From: Myxococcota bacterium
Lineage (GTDB): Bacteria > Myxococcota_A > UBA9160 > UBA6930
Length of the DNA: 64,000 nucleotides
Assembly (NCBI GenBank): GCA_965223705.1
Contig: OZ245015.1
Coordinates: 1,152,001-1,216,000, forward strand
Direction of reading: 5' to 3'
In this document: positions 28,740-41,057 of the stretch, piece after piece
Position numbering within the stretch: position 1 is the first letter of the stretch
Layout: each line of letters starts with the position of its first letter
Translations under genes and position numbers: made by a program
The notes under the pieces: model-generated
The model's input: only the letters and a program-made list of their open reading frames with translations
Database searches by the model: none
What the model was told of the DNA's origin: nothing

Positions 28740-29426
28740 GCGCACCGGGGTTCTTCCGCCGATTACCCGGAAAACTCCATGGCGGCGTTCGAAGCCGCGA
28801 TCGGCGATGGCGCGGACATGATCGAGACCGATCTGCACCTGACCCGAGACGGGGAGATCGTGCTGGTTCACGATCCCGAGCTCGCGGGGCACGGGGACGT
28901 CGGACAGCGGAGCCTCGCGGAACTGCGACAGCTCGACATGGGCGACGGCGAGAGCATGCCCACTCTGGGAGAAGCGCTCGATCGCTTCGGCGGCCGCATC
29001 TCGTGGAACCTGGAGATCAAGCGAGGCGTGCGTGGGCGCTATCCCGGGCTCCCGTCCGGAGCGCTCCGGGAAGTCCGCGATCGAGGCCTCCTCGATCAGA
29101 CGCTCTTCTCGTCGTTCGATCCCGAGACCCTGGCCGAGCTGCGCTCGCTCGCGGTCCGTGCGCGGATCGGCGTCCTCCAGGGGAAGCTGCCGATCGATCC
29201 GGTTTCGAAGGCGATGTCGCTACAGGCCGAGGCCGTACATCCCGAGCGGGCCCTGGTGACTCCGGAGCTCATTGAGGTCTGTCACGCGCGCAAGCTGCAG
29301 GTCTACCCCTACACCGTGGACGAGCCGGCGGACATGGAGCGTTTTCGCGCCTGGGGAGTCGACGGGCTGTTCACGAACGTCCCGGCCCAGCTGCGTGCGC
29401 TCCTCGCCGGGGCGGCGAGCGGCTAA
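28728..29426 (+). CDS. Glycerophosphodiester phosphodiesterase
   Basis: IAHRG, PENS, ETD, VHD, NLEIK, SSF, YTVD and GVDGLFTN motifs. Confidence 0.93.
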   Translation: MIVIAHRGSSADYPENSMAAFEAAIGDGADMIETDLHLTRDGEIVLVHDPELAGHGDVGQRSLAELRQLDMGDGESMPTLGEALDRFGGRISWNLEIKRGVRGRYPGLPSGALREVRDRGLLDQTLFSSFDPETLAELRSLAVRARIGVLQGKLPIDPVSKAMSLQAEAVHPERALVTPELIEVCHARKLQVYPYTVDEPADMERFRAWGVDGLFTNVPAQLRALLAGAASG

Positions 29427-29446
29427 CGGCCGCAGCCTGCTTCTGC

Positions 29447-29475
29447 TTGACACGAAATTGCGGATCGTTTAGCCT
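29447..29475 (+). promoter_or_regulatory. Sigma70-type promoter of gltBD
   Basis: TTGACA-N17-TAGCCT. Confidence 0.6.
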
Positions 29476-29605
29476 CGATTTTCCGAAAACGCTAAGACTC
29501 TCGCATAGTTGCGTGTTTGTGGCGCACGGATAGGAGAGCCCTCGCGTTCGCCTCAGCCACCGCCATCGCGCCGGCTAGGCGTCTCAGACAGTTTGAGGTC
29601 ATTGC

Positions 29606-32600
29606 ATGCCGCTCCCCCAGCGACACCATCTGCCCCAAAAGCAGGGTTTATACGATCCCTGTGCCGAGCACGATGCATGCGGGGTGGGGTTCGTCGCGCA
29701 CCTCCACGGCGAAAAATCGCACACAGTCATCCGCAAGGGCGTCGAGGTTCTGCTGAACCTCGAACACCGGGGCGCGTGCGGCTGCGATCCCGAGACGGGT
29801 GACGGCGCGGGCGTGTTGATCCAGATCCCCGACGCGTTCATGCGCGAATGGGCAGCGGGCGAAGGCACGGAGCTTCCCGAAGAGGGTCGCTACGCCATGG
29901 GGATGGTCTTTCTGGATCCCGATGCCGAGATCGGCCAACGCCAACGCGAGCTCTTCGAAGAAACGGTCGCCAACGAGGGCCAGCGCGTGATCGGTTGGCG
30001 CGAGGTTCCGCACGATCCGGAAGCGATCGGTCGCGTTGCGCGCGAAGGGCTCCCCGACATTCGCCAGATCTTCATTGCGGCGGAGGGGCCCGCTGCCACG
30101 GATCGCGATCACTTTGAACGCAAGCTCTACGTGATCCGGCGCCGGATTGAACGCGCGGTCGCCGACGATTCGTTCTTCTACGTACCGAGTCTCTCGAGTC
30201 GCACGCTCGCTTACGTCGGGATGCTGATCTCGCGCCAGATCGACGCGTTCTTCCCCGATCTGCTCGATCCTCGGATGGCGTCCGCGCTGGCGATCGTCCA
30301 TTCGCGCTACAGCACCAACACGATGCCCACCTGGTCGTTGGCGCACCCGTTCCGCTACTTGGCGCACAACGGCGAGATCAACACGATGCGGGGCAATCGC
30401 AACTGGATGCAGGCCCGTGAGGGCGTGATGCAGTCGGAGCTCTTTGGCGACGATCTCGCGAAGCTCTACCCGATCATGCGCGAGGGCGCGTCGGACTCGG
30501 CGCAACTCGACAACGCACTCGAGTTCTTGGTGCTGGCCGGTCGAGATCTCTCCGAGGCCGCCCTCATGATGATTCCCGAAGCTTGGGAAAATCAGCCGGA
30601 TATGGATCCGGATCTCCGGGCTTTCTACGAGTATCACTCGTTCATGATGGAACCCTGGGACGGCCCGGCGTCGATCGCGTTCACCGACGGCCGAAAAGTC
30701 GGCGCGGTACTCGACCGCAACGGTTTGCGGCCCTCGCGCTACGTCGTGACGAAAGACGGCTTGGTCGTGATGGCCTCCGAGGTCGGCGTGGTCGATGAGC
30801 CGGCTTCGAACATCGAGACGAAAGAGCGGCTACATCCCGGCAAGATCTTTTTGGTCGATCTCGAAGAAGGTCGAATCATCGAGGACGAGGAGATCAAGCG
30901 AGGCTACGTCGCTCGCCACCCCTACCGGCGTTGGGTGGAGGAGGGGCGGGTTCGCCTGGCGGAGCTCCCGGAGGCGCACGCGCCGGAGCCGATCGGCGAA
31001 GAAGCGCGTTTTCAGTTGCAGCAGGCCTTCGGGTATACGCTCGAAGATCGAAAGTTCCTGGTCGCTCCGATGGCGGCGAAGGGCAAGTGGCCGATCGGAT
31101 CCATGGGCGAGGACGCCGCTCTCGCGTGCCTCTCCGATCGTCCGCAGATGCTCTACCGCTATTTCAAACAGCTCTTTGCGCAGGTCACGAATCCCGCGAT
31201 GGACTCGATCAACGAGCGACCGGTCATGGCGCTCTTTTCACCGCTCACCACGGGGGCGAACCTTCTCGAGGAAGGCGCCGATCACGCGCGTGCGATTCGT
31301 ATCGAACACCCGGTGTTGACGGACGGTGAGCTCGCGAAGCTCGCGGCGATCGACCGTCCGGGGTTCCGCACTGAGGTGCTTCCGTGTCTGTTCAAGGTGG
31401 CCGACGCCGGAGACGGTTTGCGCGGCGCGCTGCGAGCACTGTGCGAGACCGCTGAGGCCGCGGTCGAAAGCGGCGCGAACATCCTCATTCTCTCCGACCG
31501 CGGCGTCGACCCCGATCACGCGCCGATTCCCATGCTTCTCGCGACGGGCGCCGTCCACCATCACCTCGTTCGGAAGGCGCTCCGCACGCGCTGCAATCTC
31601 GTCGTCGAAACGGGAGAGGCGCGCGAAGTCGCGCATATGGCGCTGCTGATCGGCTATGGCGCCGCGGCGATCAATCCATATCTCGCGTTCGCGACGATCG
31701 ACGAAATTCTCGAAGAGGGCGCGTTCGTTCCGAGCGACCTCGATCGCGAAACGGCGCACCAAAACTTCGTCCAAGCCTGTGACAAGGGGCTCCTCAAAAC
31801 CTTTGCGAAGATGGGGATTTCGACGCTTCAGAGCTACCTCGGCGCGCAGATCTTCGAGGCCGTCGGGATCGCTCCCGAGGTGATCGACGCGTGTTTTACC
31901 GGGACGGCCTCACGCGTGTCGGGCGTGGGCTACGACGTCATCGCCCGCGAGTCCGCTATGCGACACGAGCGCGCCTTCGAAGCGGAAGGCGCTTACCCCG
32001 AACTCGATCCGGGCGGCTTGTACCAGTGGCGAACGCGCGGCGAGAATCACACGTTCAATCCCGACGTCGTTTCCAAGCTTCAGATCGCTGTGCAGCGCGG
32101 GAGCTACGAGGACTACAAATCGTTCTCCGCTGCGGCCGACCGCGATTCCGAGAGCGCGTGCACGCTGCGCGGCTTGTTCCGCTTCCGCGAAGCCGAGTCG
32201 CCGATCCCTCTCGAAGAAATCGAGCCCGCGAGCGAGATCGTCAAGCGATTCTGCACCGGCGCCATGTCCTACGGCTCGATCTCTATCGAGGCTCACCAAT
32301 CGCTCGCGATCGCGATGAACCGGCTCGGGGGCAAGAGCAACACCGGAGAGGGCGGCGAAGACGAGAGCCGCTTCCAGGCCGACGAGAACGGAGACCTGCG
32401 TCGAAGCGCGATCAAGCAGGTCGCATCGGGCCGCTTCGGTGTCACGAGTTGGTATCTCGTGAACTCGGACGAGATGCAGATCAAGGTGGCGCAGGGGGCG
32501 AAGCCTGGAGAAGGCGGAGAGCTACCCGGTCACAAAGTGGACGAGACCATCGCGAAGACCCGCCACTCGACGCCGGGAGTCGGGCTGATCTCACCCCCGC

Positions 32601-34129
32601 CGCATCACGACATCTATTCCATCGAAGATCTCGCCCAGCTGATCTACGACTTGAAGAACGCAAACCGGCGCGCGCGCGTCAGTGTCAAGCTCGTTTCGGT
32701 GACCGGTGTCGGAACAATCGCCGCCGGTGTTTCGAAAGGGAAGGCCGACGGCGTCCTCATCAGCGGTATGGACGGCGGGACCGGAGCCTCGCCCCAAGCC
32801 TCGATCAAGTACGCGGGTATGCCGTGGGAGATCGGGCTCGCCGAGACACAGCAAACGCTGGTGTTGAACGACTTGCGCGGGCGTATTCGCGTACAAACCG
32901 ACGGCGGGCTCAAGACCGGGCGCGACGTGGCGATCGCCGCGCTCCTCGGCGCCGACGAATTCGGCTTCTCCACGGGGCCGCTCGTCGCGTTGGGCTGCAT
33001 TCTGATGCGCGTTTGTCACCTCAACACGTGTCCCGTCGGGATCGCGACGCAAGATCCGGAACTCCGCGCGCGTTTCGCGGGGAAGCCCGAGAGCGTCGTT
33101 CGCTACTTGCTTTGGATCGCCGAAGAGCTGCGCGAGTACATGGCGCTCCTCGGGTTCCGCACCGTCGACGAGATGGTCGGCCGTGTGGACCGCCTCGACG
33201 TCGCGGAAGCGGGCGCGCACTGGAAACGGCAAGGGCTCGACTTCTCGGGTCTGTTCCATCGGCCCGACGTGCCCCATGCCATTCGAAACACCGAGGGCCA
33301 AACCCTCGCCGAAGAGCTCGAAGAAGTGTTCGATGCGAAGCTCCTCGAGCTCGCGGAGCCCGCGCTCGCGCGGCGCGAGCGTGTCGAGATCGATCTGCCG
33401 ATTCGCAACGTCAACCGGACCGTAGGTACGATCCTCGGTTCCGAAATTTCCCGCGCGTACGGCCCCGAAGGTCTTCCCGAGGATACGATTCAGCTTCGTC
33501 TTCGCGGAAGCGCCGGACAAAGTCTCGCCGCTTTCTGCACGCGCGGAATGACCTTCACGATCGAGGGCGACACGAACGACTACTGTGGCAAAGGTCTGTG
33601 CGGTGCCAAGATCGTCGTCCGCGTCCCCGAGGAAGCGACCTTCGATCCGTCTCGCAACGTGATTACCGGAAACGTGGTGCTCTACGGAGCGACGAGCGGT
33701 GAGGCGTACTTTCAGGGGCTCGCCGGCGAGCGCTTCTGCGTTCGCAACAGTGGCGCCCAGGCCGTTGTCGAAGGGGTCGGCGATCACGGTTGCGAATACA
33801 TGACCGGCGGATTGGTGGTCGTCCTGGGCCGCACCGGGCGCAACTTCGCCGCCGGTATGAGCGGCGGCATCGCTTACGTGCTCGACGAAGACGGCGGTTT
33901 CCCGGATCGCGTCAATCCCGAGACGGTCGATCTCGATCCCATGGGAGAGTCGGATCTCGAAACCCTGCAACGGCTGGTTCGGCGACACTTCCAGTACACG
34001 CGAAGCCGCAAAGCCGACGAAGTCCTGCGGAAGTGGGACAGCTTGGCACCGAAGTTCGTGAAGGTCTTTCCGAAAGACTACAAGCGCGCCTTGGGCGACC
34101 GCATTCAAGCCGAGAGCGGAAATGGCTGA
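29606..34129 (+). CDS. gltB: Glutamate synthase large subunit
   Basis: [39 protein letters not shown] and GXGXG domain. Confidence 0.98.
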   Translation: MPLPQRHHLPQKQGLYDPCAEHDACGVGFVAHLHGEKSHTVIRKGVEVLLNLEHRGACGCDPETGDGAGVLIQIPDAFMREWAAGEGTELPEEGRYAMGMVFLDPDAEIGQRQRELFEETVANEGQRVIGWREVPHDPEAIGRVAREGLPDIRQIFIAAEGPAATDRDHFERKLYVIRRRIERAVADDSFFYVPSLSSRTLAYVGMLISRQIDAFFPDLLDPRMASALAIVHSRYSTNTMPTWSLAHPFRYLAHNGEINTMRGNRNWMQAREGVMQSELFGDDLAKLYPIMREGASDSAQLDNALEFLVLAGRDLSEAALMMIPEAWENQPDMDPDLRAFYEYHSFMMEPWDGPASIAFTDGRKVGAVLDRNGLRPSRYVVTKDGLVVMASEVGVVDEPASNIETKERLHPGKIFLVDLEEGRIIEDEEIKRGYVARHPYRRWVEEGRVRLAELPEAHAPEPIGEEARFQLQQAFGYTLEDRKFLVAPMAAKGKWPIGSMGEDAALACLSDRPQMLYRYFKQLFAQVTNPAMDSINERPVMALFSPLTTGANLLEEGADHARAIRIEHPVLTDGELAKLAAIDRPGFRTEVLPCLFKVADAGDGLRGALRALCETAEAAVESGANILILSDRGVDPDHAPIPMLLATGAVHHHLVRKALRTRCNLVVETGEAREVAHMALLIGYGAAAINPYLAFATIDEILEEGAFVPSDLDRETAHQNFVQACDKGLLKTFAKMGISTLQSYLGAQIFEAVGIAPEVIDACFTGTASRVSGVGYDVIARESAMRHERAFEAEGAYPELDPGGLYQWRTRGENHTFNPDVVSKLQIAVQRGSYEDYKSFSAAADRDSESACTLRGLFRFREAESPIPLEEIEPASEIVKRFCTGAMSYGSISIEAHQSLAIAMNRLGGKSNTGEGGEDESRFQADENGDLRRSAIKQVASGRFGVTSWYLVNSDEMQIKVAQGAKPGEGGELPGHKVDETIAKTRHSTPGVGLISPPPHHDIYSIEDLAQLIYDLKNANRRARVSVKLVSVTGVGTIAAGVSKGKADGVLISGMDGGTGASPQASIKYAGMPWEIGLAETQQTLVLNDLRGRIRVQTDGGLKTGRDVAIAALLGADEFGFSTGPLVALGCILMRVCHLNTCPVGIATQDPELRARFAGKPESVVRYLLWIAEELREYMALLGFRTVDEMVGRVDRLDVAEAGAHWKRQGLDFSGLFHRPDVPHAIRNTEGQTLAEELEEVFDAKLLELAEPALARRERVEIDLPIRNVNRTVGTILGSEISRAYGPEGLPEDTIQLRLRGSAGQSLAAFCTRGMTFTIEGDTNDYCGKGLCGAKIVVRVPEEATFDPSRNVITGNVVLYGATSGEAYFQGLAGERFCVRNSGAQAVVEGVGDHGCEYMTGGLVVVLGRTGRNFAAGMSGGIAYVLDEDGGFPDRVNPETVDLDPMGESDLETLQRLVRRHFQYTRSRKADEVLRKWDSLAPKFVKVFPKDYKRALGDRIQAESGNG

Positions 34130-34166
34130 TCCGCGAGGTTGTCTCCACAATGGCTGATCCGCGAGG
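34121..34166 (+). repeat. 18-bp direct repeat of the gltB/gltD overlap, 28 nt apart; creates mini-[14 protein letters not shown] (34122-34157)
   Basis: aatggctgatccgcgagg at 34121 and 34149. Confidence 0.85.
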
Positions 34167-35619
34167 CTTCCTCAAATACGGCAGAGAGGGCGTCGCGTAC
34201 CGAGACGCAGACGAGCGCGTCAAGGACTATTCGCACGTTCAAGAGAACTTCCCGGCGGAGAAGACCAAGCAGCAGGCGGCGCGTTGTATGGATTGCGGGA
34301 TTCCGTTCTGCAACAACGGCTGCCCGCTCGGGAATATCATCCCCGACTTCAACGATTTGGTTTTCCGGGACAAGTGGGAAGACGCGCTCGTCCGGTTGCA
34401 CTCGACCAACAATTTTCCCGAGTTCACGGGAATGGTGTGTCCGGCTCCCTGTGAGCAAGCGTGCGTGCTGGGAATCAATCAAGACCCGGTCGCTATCAAG
34501 CAGGTCGAGTGGGAGATCGTTCGCAAAGGTTGGGAAGAGGGCTGGATCACACCGGTGCGCCCGGAACGTCGAAGCGGTCGCGCGGTGGCCGTCGTCGGTT
34601 CGGGTCCCGCCGGGCTGTCCGCTGCGCAACAATTGAACCGCGCGGGCCACACCGTCACGGTGTTCGAAAAAAACGATCGTCTCGGCGGTCTGCTGCGCTA
34701 CGGAATTCCGGACTTCAAGCTCGAGAAGTGGGTGATCGATCGTCGGCTCGAGCAGATGCGAGAGGAGGGCGTGTCGTTCCAGACCGGCGTCAACGTCGGT
34801 AGCGATCTCGCCGTTTCGGAGTTGCGCCGAAGTTTCGACGCCGTGCTCCTCGCCATGGGGAGCGAGGTTCCGCGCGATCTCGAGGTGCCGGGTCGCGAGC
34901 TCGACGGCGTTCATTTCGCGATGGAGTTCCTGCCGCAACAGAACCGCCGCGTCGCCGGTGACGTCGTCCCGGACGACGGGGCGATTCGCGCGGACGGGAA
35001 GCACGTGGTGATCTTGGGCGGCGGAGACACCGGCTCCGACTGCATCGGCACGTCTCATCGTCATGGGGCGGCCAGCGTCACGTCGATCGAGTTGCTTCCC
35101 GAACCGCCCGTGGGCCGACACCCGTCGGAGCCGTGGCCGCTTCCCAAGAAGATGTATTTCAACGTATCGAGTTCGCACGCGGAGGGCGGCGAGCGCTCCT
35201 ACGCCATGTTGACGAAAGGGCTGCGGGGCGAGAGCGGGCGCGTCCGTGAGCTTCTGGGCGTCGAAGTCGCTTTTGATCGCGATGAGCTCGACCGGCCGCG
35301 TATGGAGACGATGCGCGAAGTTCCGGGGAGCGAGTTCTCACTTTCCGCCGACCTCGTCCTCTTGGCCATGGGCTTCGTCCATCCGGTACACGACGGATTG
35401 GTCGAAGAGCTCGGTGTCGAGCTCGATCCCCGCGGCAATGTGCAAGCCGACACGAAGCGCTTCACGACCAGCGAGCCCGGTGTATTCGCGGCGGGCGATT
35501 GCCGTCGAGGTCAATCACTCGTCGTCTGGGCGCAGTGGGAAGGACGCGAAGCGGCACGTGCGATCGATCTTTATTTGACCGGCGACTCGCGTTTGCAAAC
35601 GCGTTACGCGCACGTTTAG
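34150..35619 (+). CDS. gltD: Glutamate synthase small subunit
   Basis: [34 protein letters not shown] and [10 protein letters not shown] motifs. Confidence 0.97.
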   Translation: MADPRGFLKYGREGVAYRDADERVKDYSHVQENFPAEKTKQQAARCMDCGIPFCNNGCPLGNIIPDFNDLVFRDKWEDALVRLHSTNNFPEFTGMVCPAPCEQACVLGINQDPVAIKQVEWEIVRKGWEEGWITPVRPERRSGRAVAVVGSGPAGLSAAQQLNRAGHTVTVFEKNDRLGGLLRYGIPDFKLEKWVIDRRLEQMREEGVSFQTGVNVGSDLAVSELRRSFDAVLLAMGSEVPRDLEVPGRELDGVHFAMEFLPQQNRRVAGDVVPDDGAIRADGKHVVILGGGDTGSDCIGTSHRHGAASVTSIELLPEPPVGRHPSEPWPLPKKMYFNVSSSHAEGGERSYAMLTKGLRGESGRVRELLGVEVAFDRDELDRPRMETMREVPGSEFSLSADLVLLAMGFVHPVHDGLVEELGVELDPRGNVQADTKRFTTSEPGVFAAGDCRRGQSLVVWAQWEGREAARAIDLYLTGDSRLQTRYAHV

Positions 35620-35674
35620 TCGCACAGCCTCGGTTACGCACACGCTAAACTTCGATAAACCGCCGCTTCGATGG

Positions 35675-35704
35675 TTGACGCGCTGACGTAGCCCTCGGTA
35701 CGAT
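35675..35704 (+). promoter_or_regulatory. Sigma70-type promoter of the zap operon
   Basis: TTGACG-N18-TACGAT. Confidence 0.55.
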
Positions 35705-35730
35705 TCGCGAGTCGCAGCCGGGGGGAACTC

Positions 35731-36084
35731 ATGACCGATCGCATCGATCCCGCGGGCACCCGCCACAACGAACATTCGGAGCCGGAACGATCCCAACGGG
35801 AAGGCGACTTGGCCCGGCTCGAACGGGGTGTTCGGAAACTGGTCGAGCAGCTCGAAGCCGCTCAGTCTCGCAACCAGCAACTCGAGCGCGATCTGAAAGC
35901 CCGTGAAAGTCGCCTACACGAACTCGAGGCGGAGATCCTTTCGGCAAACCAACGTCGCCAAGACGTGGTGAAGCGCATCGACGATCTCGTCGCGTGGATC
36001 GATCGCGCGACGAGCAGTGACGGAACAGCGTTTGATCTCGAGTCCGAGCCGGCCCAAGCCCAGGCTGGCAGCGGCAACGCTTAG
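35731..36084 (+). CDS. Coiled-coil protein, ZapB-like
   Basis: Heptad coiled coil ending RQDVVKRIDDL; upstream of zapA. Confidence 0.6.
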   Translation: MTDRIDPAGTRHNEHSEPERSQREGDLARLERGVRKLVEQLEAAQSRNQQLERDLKARESRLHELEAEILSANQRRQDVVKRIDDLVAWIDRATSSDGTAFDLESEPAQAQAGSGNA

Positions 36085-36105
36085 TTTCGCCGGGCGGTCC
36101 AAGTC

Positions 36106-36408
36106 GTGACGAAGCAAACGATTCCGGTCGAGATTCAAGGTCAGCAGTACCGCATCCGGAGCGGCGGCGACCCGGAGTCGGTGCAAAAAGCCGCGAAAAT
36201 CGTCGACGAGACGATGGGAAAGCTTCGGCAGCGGGCGTCGACGGTCGATTCGCTCGACATCGCCGTCTTGGCCGCGCTGAATCTGGCGAACCAGTTGATC
36301 GCCCTCCAGAACGAGAGCGAGGCAGCTTCGAGCGAGTCTTCGCAGATTCAGGCGCTGATCAGTCTCGTGGAAGCGGCTCTCCCCGAGGGCTCGCTGTCTC
36401 CGCACTGA
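36106..36408 (+). CDS. zapA: Cell division protein ZapA
   Basis: VEIQGQQYRI, AKIVDETM and AVLAALNLA motifs. Confidence 0.88.
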   Translation: MTKQTIPVEIQGQQYRIRSGGDPESVQKAAKIVDETMGKLRQRASTVDSLDIAVLAALNLANQLIALQNESEAASSESSQIQALISLVEAALPEGSLSPH

Positions 36409-36992
36409 ACGAGGCCATTTCGTCCGAAAAGCGCTCGCTGCGCGCAACAATGAGGCGCGGGCTCCGCGACATACCCGAAGCGGTGCGCGCCCGAGCAGGA
36501 GCCGCCGCGGCCGAGGCCCTGGGGGATCTGCCTGCGTTCAGCCGCTGTGCCCGGGTCGCCGCGTACGCGACCCTTCCCGATGAGTTTCCCTCGGAATCGA
36601 TTGTCGAACTCGCGCGCGCGCGGTCGAAGCCAATCCTCTGGCCTCGCATTGCCGGCTCGCAACTGCAATTTGTCGAGGCACCCCCCAAGGCGCTTCGACC
36701 CGGAGCGTTCGGCATCCTCGAACCACCGGTAGGGCTTCCGGAAACGCTTCGCGAAGACGACCTCGTGCTGGTCTCGGGTTTGGCCTTTGACGACGAGGGC
36801 TTTCGTTTGGGACGAGGGCGCGGGTTCTATGACCGGGCGCTCGCGACCGGAACCGCTCGAAAAGCGTTTCGGCTCGGAGTCGGCTACGCATTCCAATGGG
36901 TTCCACGCATACCTCGGGACGAATGGGACCTCGCCGTTCACGCCGGGGTCACGGAAGAGGGGCTCCGAGACGTGAGGAGGCAGAGAACTTGA
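36405..36992 (+). CDS. ygfA: 5-formyltetrahydrofolate cyclo-ligase
   Basis: EKRSLRATMR N-terminus (needs CTG 36405), FGILEP, GLAFD and RLGRGRGFYDR motifs. Confidence 0.9.
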   Translation: MNEAISSEKRSLRATMRRGLRDIPEAVRARAGAAAAEALGDLPAFSRCARVAAYATLPDEFPSESIVELARARSKPILWPRIAGSQLQFVEAPPKALRPGAFGILEPPVGLPETLREDDLVLVSGLAFDDEGFRLGRGRGFYDRALATGTARKAFRLGVGYAFQWVPRIPRDEWDLAVHAGVTEEGLRDVRRQRT

Positions 36993-38275
36993 GCGACGGT
37001 TTCCTGGAGGAACTCCGCTGGCGAGGTCTGCTCTACCAACAGACCGCCGAAGAAGAGTTGACCGCGCACCTCGCCGAGCAGCGTCGAACGGGCTACTGCG
37101 GCTTCGATCCCACCGCCGACAGCCTGACGATCGGCAACCTCATCGCGATCAAGCTGTTGATGCATTGGCAGCAGCACGGGCATCGGCCCGTCGTCGTGAT
37201 GGGCGGTGGGACCGGTCTCATCGGCGATCCGTCGGGGAAAGATGCCGAGAGGCCGCTTATCACCGACGAGCTCGTCGAAGCCAATATCGCCGGCCAACGT
37301 CGCATCTTCGAGAAGCTGCTCGACTTCGACCCTCAGCGAGAAAACCCCGCGGAGATCGTGAACAACGCCGAGTGGCTGCGGAAGCTCGGTTACATCGAGA
37401 TGCTTCGCGACGTCGGAAAGCACTTCTCTGTCAACGCCATGATCGCCCGCGATTCCGTACGGAAACGTCTGGAAGATCGCGCGCACGGAATCAGCTACAC
37501 GGAGTTCAGCTACATGCTGCTCCAGGCGTACGACTTTCTCGAGCTCAAGCGGAGCCGAGACTGTACGGTCCAGGTCGCGGGCTCCGATCAGTTCGGAAAC
37601 ATCGTCGCGGGCATCGATCTCATCCGCCGCGAATCCGGTGAATCGACCTACGGTGTGACGGCGCCGCTCGTGACTCACGCGGATGGGCGCAAGATCGGAA
37701 AGAGCGAGGCCGGCGCGGTTTGGCTCACCGCGGATCGCACCAGCCCCTACGCGTTCTATCAGTATTGGGTCAACGTGCCGGATGCGGACGTCGGCTCGTT
37801 CCTCCGATGGTTCACGCTCCTGCCCCAGGAGAGGATTCTCGAGCTCGAGGCCGAGCGGGAGCGAGCCCCGGAGAAGCGTCCCGCGCAGCATGCCCTGGCC
37901 GAGCACATGACGGATCTCTTGCACGGCGAGGACGAGCGGCGCGCGGTAGCCCAAGCCACGGAAGCGCTGTTCGGCGGCGGTGATCCTCGAGGCGTCCCGG
38001 AAAGGATCCTGCAGCAGGTTGTGGGGGAGCTTCCCAACAGCGAGCACCCTGTTTCGTCGCTTGGGGCCTGCCCCTTGGCAGAGCTTCTCCCCGAGACGAC
38101 GCTGGCGAACTCGAAAAGAGAAGCCCGGGAGTTCCTCAAGAATGGGGCGATCTGGCTCAACGGCGAGCGAGTTCCGGCGGATCGCGCGCTGACGTCCGAG
38201 GACCTTCTCCCCGGCGGGATCGCGCTGCTGCGCCGGGGAAAGAAGAACTGGCACGCGACGCGCTGGGTCCGCTAG
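36989..38275 (+). CDS. tyrS: Tyrosine--tRNA ligase
   Basis: YCGFDPTADSL, IGDPSGK, EFSYMLLQAYDF, GSDQFGNI, KIGKS and C-terminal S4 RRGKK; TTG overlaps ygfA stop. Confidence 0.97.
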   Translation: MSDGFLEELRWRGLLYQQTAEEELTAHLAEQRRTGYCGFDPTADSLTIGNLIAIKLLMHWQQHGHRPVVVMGGGTGLIGDPSGKDAERPLITDELVEANIAGQRRIFEKLLDFDPQRENPAEIVNNAEWLRKLGYIEMLRDVGKHFSVNAMIARDSVRKRLEDRAHGISYTEFSYMLLQAYDFLELKRSRDCTVQVAGSDQFGNIVAGIDLIRRESGESTYGVTAPLVTHADGRKIGKSEAGAVWLTADRTSPYAFYQYWVNVPDADVGSFLRWFTLLPQERILELEAERERAPEKRPAQHALAEHMTDLLHGEDERRAVAQATEALFGGGDPRGVPERILQQVVGELPNSEHPVSSLGACPLAELLPETTLANSKREAREFLKNGAIWLNGERVPADRALTSEDLLPGGIALLRRGKKNWHATRWVR

Positions 38276-38326
38276 CCGCGAGATGCGATCGTCGCGGTAA
38301 CCCTGGTCACCAGCGCGTTTTTCGGG

Positions 38327-38355
38327 TTGACGGCACCTTGCCCGAATCGTACCTT
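38327..38355 (+). promoter_or_regulatory. rrn promoter
   Basis: TTGACG-N17-TACCTT about 300 nt upstream of 16S. Confidence 0.65.
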
Positions 38356-38489
38356 CCGCTTCCTGCCTCGGCGGGTGTAGACTCGCTGAACCATCTGCGA
38401 ATGCTGTTTACGCCCACGCTGTGCTCGATTCGCGCAGCGAAGAGGCAGCTCGCCCGAAGGGCCCGATACAGGCCCAGACGGCTACGGAC

Positions 38490-38510
38490 GGTCTTTGAAA
38501 ACCGAATAGC
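38490..38510 (+). promoter_or_regulatory. boxA-like antitermination/processing-stem element (second copy 40891-40911)
   Basis: ggtctttgaaaaccgaatagc and ggtctttgacaatcgaatagc; complementary segments near 40385 and 45178-45215. Confidence 0.6.
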
Positions 38511-38660
38511 GTGTGGTCCGATGAGAGTGACCTGACTCTCATCTGGACGGTGACGGGTCCTTATATATACGCCGCACCCTCGGAACGTCAGGCGTTCCTT
38601 GGGTGCAACTTAGGACTACGAGGGATCGCTCTCTCACGAGCGAGACCTCGAGCCAAATTC

Positions 38661-40221
<1,561 letters not shown>

Positions 40222-40410
40222 GGGAGCATGGGTGAACGCCTCGTGTGTTCACTCGAGCAACCAGGTCAAAGTCGATCCTGCCTTGTGTGCAAACACACGG
40301 TCGCATGAAGTCTGAATCCCGGGTTCTCCCGGTAACTCGTTCAATCGGGGGACTTCGAGATCGATTCCCGCACCGTCGCCACACGCTATTCGTTTTTTGG
40401 AGACAGTCCT

Positions 40411-40496
40411 TGCGGTGCCCGCCGCGGCAAAGCCGCGCCGGCCGCACTACGCAACGCTCCGCGTTGCTGCGCGCGACGCTCCCGCGTCGCTTGCAA
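40411..40496 (-). repeat. About 85-bp GC-rich palindromic interspersed element, copy A (inverted)
   Basis: Reverse complement aligns with 41058-41140. Confidence 0.7.
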
Positions 40497-40527
40497 GGAG
40501 TGTCATCGTGAGTTGGATGCTCGATGG

Positions 40528-40604
40528 GGGCCTGTAGCTCAGTTGGTTAGAGCGTCCGCCTGATAAGCGGGAGGTCGATAGTTCAAATCTATCCAGGCCC
40601 ACCA
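40528..40604 (+). tRNA. tRNA-Ile(GAT)
   Basis: GGGCCTGTAGCTCAG...CTGATAA...CAGGCCCACCA. Confidence 0.97.
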
Positions 40605-40640
40605 CCATCAGGCGTACCCGCCGTAGCAAGGCAACCTCCA

Positions 40641-40737
40641 ATGCAAGCGGAGTGAGTGCGAAGCACGAACGAAGCGCGCAGTGAGCCGCAGGCGAACGGA
40701 GCGGGGTGGCGACGGCTCTGCCGGCGCCGGGACCACA
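40641..40737 (+). repeat. Interspersed element copy B (more diverged)
   Basis: atgcaagcg...agcgcgcagtgagccgcaggcgaacg...ggctctgccg...cgggacca. Confidence 0.5.
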
Positions 40738-40744
40738 AGATCCA

Positions 40745-40820
40745 GGGGCTGTAGCTCAGCTGGGAGAGCGCGGGCTTTGCAAGCCTGAGGTCGTCGGTTC
40801 GATCCCGTCCAGCTCCACCA
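40745..40820 (+). tRNA. tRNA-Ala(TGC)
   Basis: GGGGCTGTAGCTCAG...TTTGCAA...CAGCTCCACCA. Confidence 0.97.
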
Positions 40821-41057
40821 ATTTTTCGCATCTCCGGATGCGTTGCGGATTCTTCGAGAATCCCTCGCCCGACACAGGCGAGCACGATGCGGTCTTTGAC
40901 AATCGAATAGCTTTCTGGGTCCACGTTTATTTTCGTGGATCGCGCTTTGGCAGAATACACAGCCTAGGGCTGTGTGCTCTGCAGCAGAATGCACAGCCTC
41001 GCGTTGTGCGCTCTGCAAAATGATTAGAGAAAACACAGAGCTTATTGGGCTACGTCC

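Noticed and set aside
29510..29605. Glycine or glutamine riboswitch in the gltB leader (GGAGAG, CTCAG, hairpin)
   Set aside because: Lacks GCCGAAG (glycine) and GGAAGUA (glnA) core elements; only a generic hairpin
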